Shown here piece after piece: positions 59,039 through 64,000 of a stretch of DNA of 64,000 bases. Numbering within the stretch: the first letter of the stretch is position 1; every line of letters begins with the position of its first letter. The DNA comes from Trueperaceae bacterium (GTDB taxonomy: Bacteria; Deinococcota; Deinococci; Deinococcales; Trueperaceae), in contig CBDCDZ010000004.1 of the NCBI GenBank assembly GCA_965215565.1, forward strand, positions 4,224,001 to 4,288,000, in the 5' to 3' direction. Under the pieces are notes generated by a model. That model made no database searches and was not told where the DNA came from. It worked only from the letters and a program-made list of their open reading frames with translations. The translations under genes and the position numbers were made by a program.

Positions 59039-59113
59039 TGGTGACCCCTACGGGGTTCGAACCCGTGCCGCAACCTTGAAAGGGTTGTGACCTAACCGCT
59101 AGTCGAAGGGGCC
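59039..59113 (-). tRNA. tRNA-Glu(TTC)
   Basis: Reverse complement GGCCCCTTCGACTAGCGGTTAGGTCACAACCCTTTCAAGG...GGGGTCACCA. Confidence 0.97.
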
Positions 59114-59117
59114 ATAT

Positions 59118-59193
<76 letters not shown>

Positions 59194-59440
59194 AACAGCT
59201 TTAGCAGTATATGGGGTGCGTCCACCTTGTGTCAAGCTGTGACGCTGCAAAAAGGGCGTGCCACAGCAATACTCGGGGTTTTTGAGATATTACACAGACT
59301 TTGGCTTGAAGCGTTGCAGGCGTTCTATCTCCAAAAGCGTGTGTCCGTCAGCGTTTTCCCTCTATATGGCGTTTGTGATTAGATGTCCTCAGATGCTGAG
59401 GTTCTTAACCTGCTGTGCTCAAAGCTTACGAAAGAACCTG

Positions 59441-59977
59441 CTAACGCTTTTTGCGCCGCCGCTTCTTCCACATGTGGTCAGGCTGGATGCCGTCCGCTAA
59501 GAGGTGGAGCCACTGCGAGAGGTAGTAGCCTGCGAGCGCGCCAACCGTTAACTCTTGCCAATTCTCGCGCAGCGCAAGTCGGATGCGAAAGGTGTAGCCG
59601 AAGTAGGGTGAGAGCGCCGACACGCCCCACCCTAGTGCGAGCGCCACGAGCGCCATGTAGAGAAGGCGTGTCAATGGGCCGATGAGCCAAGAGTGCGAGA
59701 GCCCCCGGTGGCTGAAGAGCTTGCCGTAAGGAACCCAGAGGAGTCCTAAAAGACCCCAGTTGCTCTTCGCGCGTACGTGGTTCTCCGCTAAGTCTAGGTC
59801 AGGCGTGACGAGGTAGGTACCCGTAAAGTACGCCGCTGTAAAGACGCCGACGGTTTCAGGAGCTAGGAGCACGTCGTATTCGGCGGTGTAGCCTTGCGAC
59901 TGTGCAATAGCGTAGCCGCTCACGAGGAGACCGAAGGCGGTTAAGTTGATGGCTTCGTGCGTGCGTCCGCTGGGCAT
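59441..59977 (-). CDS. DUF2227 putative metal-binding membrane protein
   Basis: MPSGRTH, PDLD, WVPY...HRGLSH and HLLAD motifs. Confidence 0.88.
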   Translation of the reverse strand: MPSGRTHEAINLTAFGLLVSGYAIAQSQGYTAEYDVLLAPETVGVFTAAYFTGTYLVTPDLDLAENHVRAKSNWGLLGLLWVPYGKLFSHRGLSHSWLIGPLTRLLYMALVALALGWGVSALSPYFGYTFRIRLALRENWQELTVGALAGYYLSQWLHLLADGIQPDHMWKKRRRKKR

Positions 59978-60308
59978 CTATTTATCGTAACGGGCGAGGG
60001 GTGAGAAAGCCGTGAGGCAGTTCGCGCGGGAACATGAGGTGAGTTTTGAGTTCGGCGCTAAGGGATCGTAGGGTATATAAGTCCGATTTTCGAAACGTCG
60101 CCCGCTGCAATCATCCCAAAACTGAGCGTTCCTCTGACGTTGCAGATGCTCAGCTTTAAGCACGCTGAGTGTGCTTATCCATAATAGGACGTAAACTCGG
60201 GTTGACTCGCGAAGGTTTCCCCTATGTGTTTGCAGGAACCAAAGAATGAAGGTGCGCCTCACACCCAATCTGGTATAGTATCTCCAAACCACCTTGAAGG
60301 AGGAATAT

Positions 60309-61283
60309 ATGCGCTTGCGGTTCACTATGTTTTCTATTGCGCTTTCGCTTTTAGTCGCTATGAGCGGCGCGTTCGCCCAAGGAAGTCTGTCCATCGCGAC
60401 GGGCGGCACGGGCGGCGTCTACTACCCTTACGGCGGCGGCTTAGCCGAGTTGGTCAACAAGTATCTCGACGGTTACGACGCGGTGGCGGAGGTCACAGGG
60501 GCGTCCGTCGAGAACGTCGGGCTGGTCTTTCGGGGCGACTCGGACATGGCGTTAGCCCTCGCCGACACGGTGCTCGCGGCGTATGAGGGCACCGGCGACT
60601 TCGAAGGGCGACAGATTGAGAATTTGCGTGCCCTAAGCTCCATCTACCCGAACGCCGTGCAGATCGTGACGCTCGCGGACTCGGGCATCACCTCTTTAGC
60701 GGACCTAGAGGGTATGCGCGTCTCCGTCGGTGCACCGGGCAGTGGCACCGAACTCTCCGCTGAGACAATCCTAAACGCCAACGGCATCACCTATGACGAC
60801 ATCGACGAGCGCCGCTTAAACTTCAACGAGACCGCGAACGCGCTGCGCGACGGTCAGATTGACGCGGGCTTCTGGAGCGTCGGACCGCCCACGAGTTCGA
60901 TTCTCGACCTGGCGACAACCCGTGATGTCACAATTATCTCCCTCTCCGAAGAGGAGATTAGCGCTGCGCAAGAGGAAGAGCCCGTCTTTGCGTCCTACAC
61001 ACTGCCCGCTGGCACCTATCCGGGTCAAGACGAGGACGTGACGACGATCAGCACGCCGAACGTCTTGATCGTCAACGCGGACATGGACGAAGAGTTGGCC
61101 TACCAGATGACCCAAGCGATGTACGACCACGTGGACGAACTCATCGCGATTCACCCAGCGGCGAACAATACAACGGTGGAGTTTAGCTTGAACGCGACGC
61201 CGATTCCCTTTCACCCCGGCGCGGCGCGCTACTACCAGGAGACAGGGCAAGAGGTGCCGCAAGAGTTGATGCCGCCAGGCTAG
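60309..61283 (+). CDS. TAXI-family TRAP substrate-binding protein
   Basis: IATGGTGGVYYPYG, TGASVEN, VGAPGSGT and PFHPGA motifs. Confidence 0.95.
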   Translation: MRLRFTMFSIALSLLVAMSGAFAQGSLSIATGGTGGVYYPYGGGLAELVNKYLDGYDAVAEVTGASVENVGLVFRGDSDMALALADTVLAAYEGTGDFEGRQIENLRALSSIYPNAVQIVTLADSGITSLADLEGMRVSVGAPGSGTELSAETILNANGITYDDIDERRLNFNETANALRDGQIDAGFWSVGPPTSSILDLATTRDVTIISLSEEEISAAQEEEPVFASYTLPAGTYPGQDEDVTTISTPNVLIVNADMDEELAYQMTQAMYDHVDELIAIHPAANNTTVEFSLNATPIPFHPGAARYYQETGQEVPQELMPPG

Positions 61284-61784
61284 ATGAAGCGTGATAGATT
61301 AGGGATGATATCGAGGAAGAGTGTTCTGCTCTTCCTCTTTGCGGTTTTCAGTTTAACGCTGGCTGCGCCCTATCTCGAGGTCATTCAACAAGAGGTCACG
61401 CCGCAAGGGACAACTCAAGGAACTACCCTCTTACAACTCGACCTAGCAGAAGACGCCACTTGGCACCTTGTATGGAACCACTCCGTCACTGGTATTACAG
61501 TCAGCGATTACTACGCTTACGAGGAGGGACAGATGATGCTGACCGATTCTCATACGCCTTCTTTCGACGCGGGGCTAGGGCATATTCCGGGGCGGGGACG
61601 TTTAGAGTCCGACGACGCGCACGGCTACTGGATAAGAGATATCGACGAACCTGTGATCGGTAACGCTTATGCGCTTAGAGTCGGCTCCGAAGAGGTGGAC
61701 CACCGCATCGTTCACGCCGGGCAAACCTATTCACTGAGTGACCTAGCGGCAGGCGAGCGCGTGACGATAAGGATCAAGCCGTGA
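61284..61784 (+). CDS. DUF1850 TAXI-associated protein
   Basis: WNHSV and FDAGLG motifs; lies between the TAXI SBP and the permease. Confidence 0.8.
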   Translation: MKRDRLGMISRKSVLLFLFAVFSLTLAAPYLEVIQQEVTPQGTTQGTTLLQLDLAEDATWHLVWNHSVTGITVSDYYAYEEGQMMLTDSHTPSFDAGLGHIPGRGRLESDDAHGYWIRDIDEPVIGNAYALRVGSEEVDHRIVHAGQTYSLSDLAAGERVTIRIKP

Positions 61785-63895
61785 GCGTTCAAGATACCCC
61801 TACACGCCAGCCTAAAGTTATTTTACTTGTCATTTCTGCAGTGGCGGTTGGTCTCTCCCTCTTCCAGCTCTACACCTCGGGCTTCGTCGCCCTCAACCTC
61901 TTCTATCAGCGCGGCATCCACTTGGCGCTTATTTTAGTGTTGGCATTCTTGCTCTTCCCGGTTTTCGGCAAGGAGCGCAAGCGCGGCATTTTGGGCTGGC
62001 TCATTGACGGCGTATTTATCCTCGGAAGTGCCTACTCGGGCTTCTATCTCGTTTACTATCTGGACGATATCATCAACCGGGCGGGCTTCTGGACGCAGAC
62101 CGATATCATCGTCGGGGTGGTTGCGGTGGTCACGCTTTTAGAGGCGAGCCGCCGCGTCATCGGGCTTTTTATTACGGTTATCGGGCTTATTTTCATCCTC
62201 TACGCGATGGCGGGACCGAGGGGGACGGTTCCCTTTTTAGGTAACTTTTTACCCGGCATTCTGGAGCATAGAGGCTACCGTGTAGACCGCATCGTCGCGC
62301 AACTCTATCTAGGTCAAGAGGGCATCTACGGCGTGCCGCTGGGCGTCGCGGCGACGTTCGTCTTTATCTTCGTGCTCTTCGGTGCGTTTTTGGAGGTCAC
62401 GGGCGGCGGCAAGTTCTTTATCGACTTGGCGTACGCGGCGGCGGGGCGGCAGCGCGGCGGACCGGCGAAGGCGGCGGTGGTGGCGTCGGCGTTCATGGGC
62501 TCGATTTCGGGCAGCGCCATCGCGAACGTCGTGACGAGCGGTTCGTTCACCATTCCTCTCATGAAGCAGCTCGGTTATAAACCCGAGCAAGCCGGTGGCG
62601 TGGAGGCGGCGGCGAGTACGGGCGGGCAGATCATGCCGCCCATCATGGGTGCGGGTGCGTTTCTGATTGCCGAGTATACGGGTTTGCCCTACCTCGACAT
62701 CGTCAAGCTGAGCATTTTACCCGCGATTCTCTACTTCACAACGGTCTACCTCTTCGTGGACATCATTGCGGCGAAGCGGGGGATGAAAGGCATCAAGGAC
62801 GAGAACCTGCCGAGCGTGCGCAGCGTCTTCAAAGAGGGCTGGCACTTCCTTATTCCACTCGCGGCGCTCATCTACTTCCTCTTTCTGAACATCTCACCGA
62901 GCTTGGTGGGCTTTATCGCCATCGTCGCCATTGTTGTAGTGTCGGTGGCGCGGGCGTTGGTGCGCTACTTCTATACCCAGCCGTCGGGTGAACAAGAAGA
63001 GGTTGAGGGGATGGGGCTGCTCGAGCGCCAAACCTCTAACGAAATCGGCGACGCCCTCATTCGAAGAGGGGAGCGTTTAGAAGAGGGTGAAGAGGCGGCG
63101 TCGGGTTCCTCCAAGTCGATGCTGAGTCAGCTCCTAATTGGGTTGGGCAAGTTCTTCGAGGCGATGGAAGTCGGCGCGAGAAACGCCGTGCCCGTCAGCG
63201 TCGCGTGCGCGATTGCGGGCGTCGTGGTTGGCGTGATCGGCTTGACCGGGCTCGGGCTCAAATTTTCCTCCCTGATGCTCTCGTTTTCGAACGGCAACCT
63301 CTTGTTGGCGCTCCTCTTGCTCGCTATCGCTTCGCTCGTCCTCGGTTTAGGCTTGCCCGTCACCGCAAGCTACATCGTCTTAGCGGTGCTCGCCGCGCCC
63401 GCTTTGCAAAACGAATTCGGCGTGCCGCTCATCATCGCGCACTTGGTCATCTTCTGGTACTCGCAAGACTCGAACGTGACGCCACCTGTCGCGCTCGCTG
63501 CGTTTGCGGCGGCAGGTATTGCCAACAGCGACCCGATGAAGACGGGCGTCGAGGCGTGGAAGTTCGCGAAGGGGCTCTACCTCATCCCGCTCTTCATGGT
63601 CTTTAACCCGGAGATTGTTACAGGCGGTCCGGTTCTCGTCGTCGCGTGGAACGTCATCACGGCGTTCGCGGCACTCGGGGCGTTTGCGGCGGCGCTAGAA
63701 GGCTACATGTTCACGAAGATGTATCTGGTCTCGAGGCTCCTCGTTACGGCGGGTTTAGTCGGTATCTTCTGGCCGAACTTGCTTTATGAAGCCATCGGTT
63801 TCGGGCTGATTCTCGTGGTTTTGGCGATTAACTTTTTTAAGATGCGTCAGGAGGAAGGGGTGCAGGGCGAGGCGCAGGCGGCGAGTTCGGACTAA
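61781..63895 (+). CDS. TAXI-TRAP fused permease (DctQM)
   Basis: GGPAKAAV, SGSAIANV, ASTGGQIMPPIMGAGAF and TPPVALAAF motifs. Confidence 0.95.
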   Translation: MSVQDTPTRQPKVILLVISAVAVGLSLFQLYTSGFVALNLFYQRGIHLALILVLAFLLFPVFGKERKRGILGWLIDGVFILGSAYSGFYLVYYLDDIINRAGFWTQTDIIVGVVAVVTLLEASRRVIGLFITVIGLIFILYAMAGPRGTVPFLGNFLPGILEHRGYRVDRIVAQLYLGQEGIYGVPLGVAATFVFIFVLFGAFLEVTGGGKFFIDLAYAAAGRQRGGPAKAAVVASAFMGSISGSAIANVVTSGSFTIPLMKQLGYKPEQAGGVEAAASTGGQIMPPIMGAGAFLIAEYTGLPYLDIVKLSILPAILYFTTVYLFVDIIAAKRGMKGIKDENLPSVRSVFKEGWHFLIPLAALIYFLFLNISPSLVGFIAIVAIVVVSVARALVRYFYTQPSGEQEEVEGMGLLERQTSNEIGDALIRRGERLEEGEEAASGSSKSMLSQLLIGLGKFFEAMEVGARNAVPVSVACAIAGVVVGVIGLTGLGLKFSSLMLSFSNGNLLLALLLLAIASLVLGLGLPVTASYIVLAVLAAPALQNEFGVPLIIAHLVIFWYSQDSNVTPPVALAAFAAAGIANSDPMKTGVEAWKFAKGLYLIPLFMVFNPEIVTGGPVLVVAWNVITAFAALGAFAAALEGYMFTKMYLVSRLLVTAGLVGIFWPNLLYEAIGFGLILVVLAINFFKMRQEEGVQGEAQAASSD

Positions 63896-64000
63896 TTACC
63901 TCTTCTGCAATGCCCGCAACCGCGCCGTAGCCTCTTCAGCCGTGATCTCGCCCTTCTCCAAGAGCCCAATCACATTAGCCCGTTCGCCCCTAACCTCTTC
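63896..64000 (-). CDS. C-terminal end of a protein with a SHOCT-like tail (DUF2089-like), partial
   Basis: EEVRGERANVIGLLEKGEITAEEATARLRALQKR*. Confidence 0.65.
   Translation of the reverse strand, partial: EEVRGERANVIGLLEKGEITAEEATARLRALQKR

Overview
A 64-kb chromosomal window from a high-GC bacterium, most likely Deinococcota (Trueperaceae/Deinococcus-like). The assignment is inferred from pervasive leaderless genes (TANNNT 5-7 nt before the start codon), a Thermus-type PaaR operator, a double-domain PaaB and the smpB-amidase-like-GerMN gene order. Housekeeping content: four tRNAs (Leu-GAG, Val-TAC, Glu-TTC, Lys-TTT), trmH, cspA, lipB-lipA, ppa, smpB, asnS, a class A PBP, pdxT, crcB, proS-serS, gatC, pgm, paaR-paaABCD, a CoA-transferase and a TAXI-TRAP transporter. 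Accessory content: (i) a ~9-kb copper-handling locus (27.2-36.2 kb). It is headed by a small membrane ORF with a His-rich motif and a C-terminal RAPP ribosome-arrest motif, followed by a structured leader, copC-copD, a His1 protein, a second copC, a truncated MbnH-like di-heme enzyme, a Ste24/HtpX-like protein lacking HExxH and a membrane polyferredoxin. (ii) a ~12-kb surface-glycan cluster with two GH16 enzymes. (iii) three toxin-antitoxin elements. The strongest candidate for an undescribed system is the His-type RAPP leader controlling the copper operon. A second is a leaderless 22-codon leader peptide with terminator/antiterminator in front of a bacterial-type proS. Non-coding DNA carries several dispersed repeat families, including a ~75-bp inverted-repeat element in at least 8 copies with compensatory base changes, and CTCGAG appears over-represented. 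All protein calls come from motif recognition by eye; no database searches were run.
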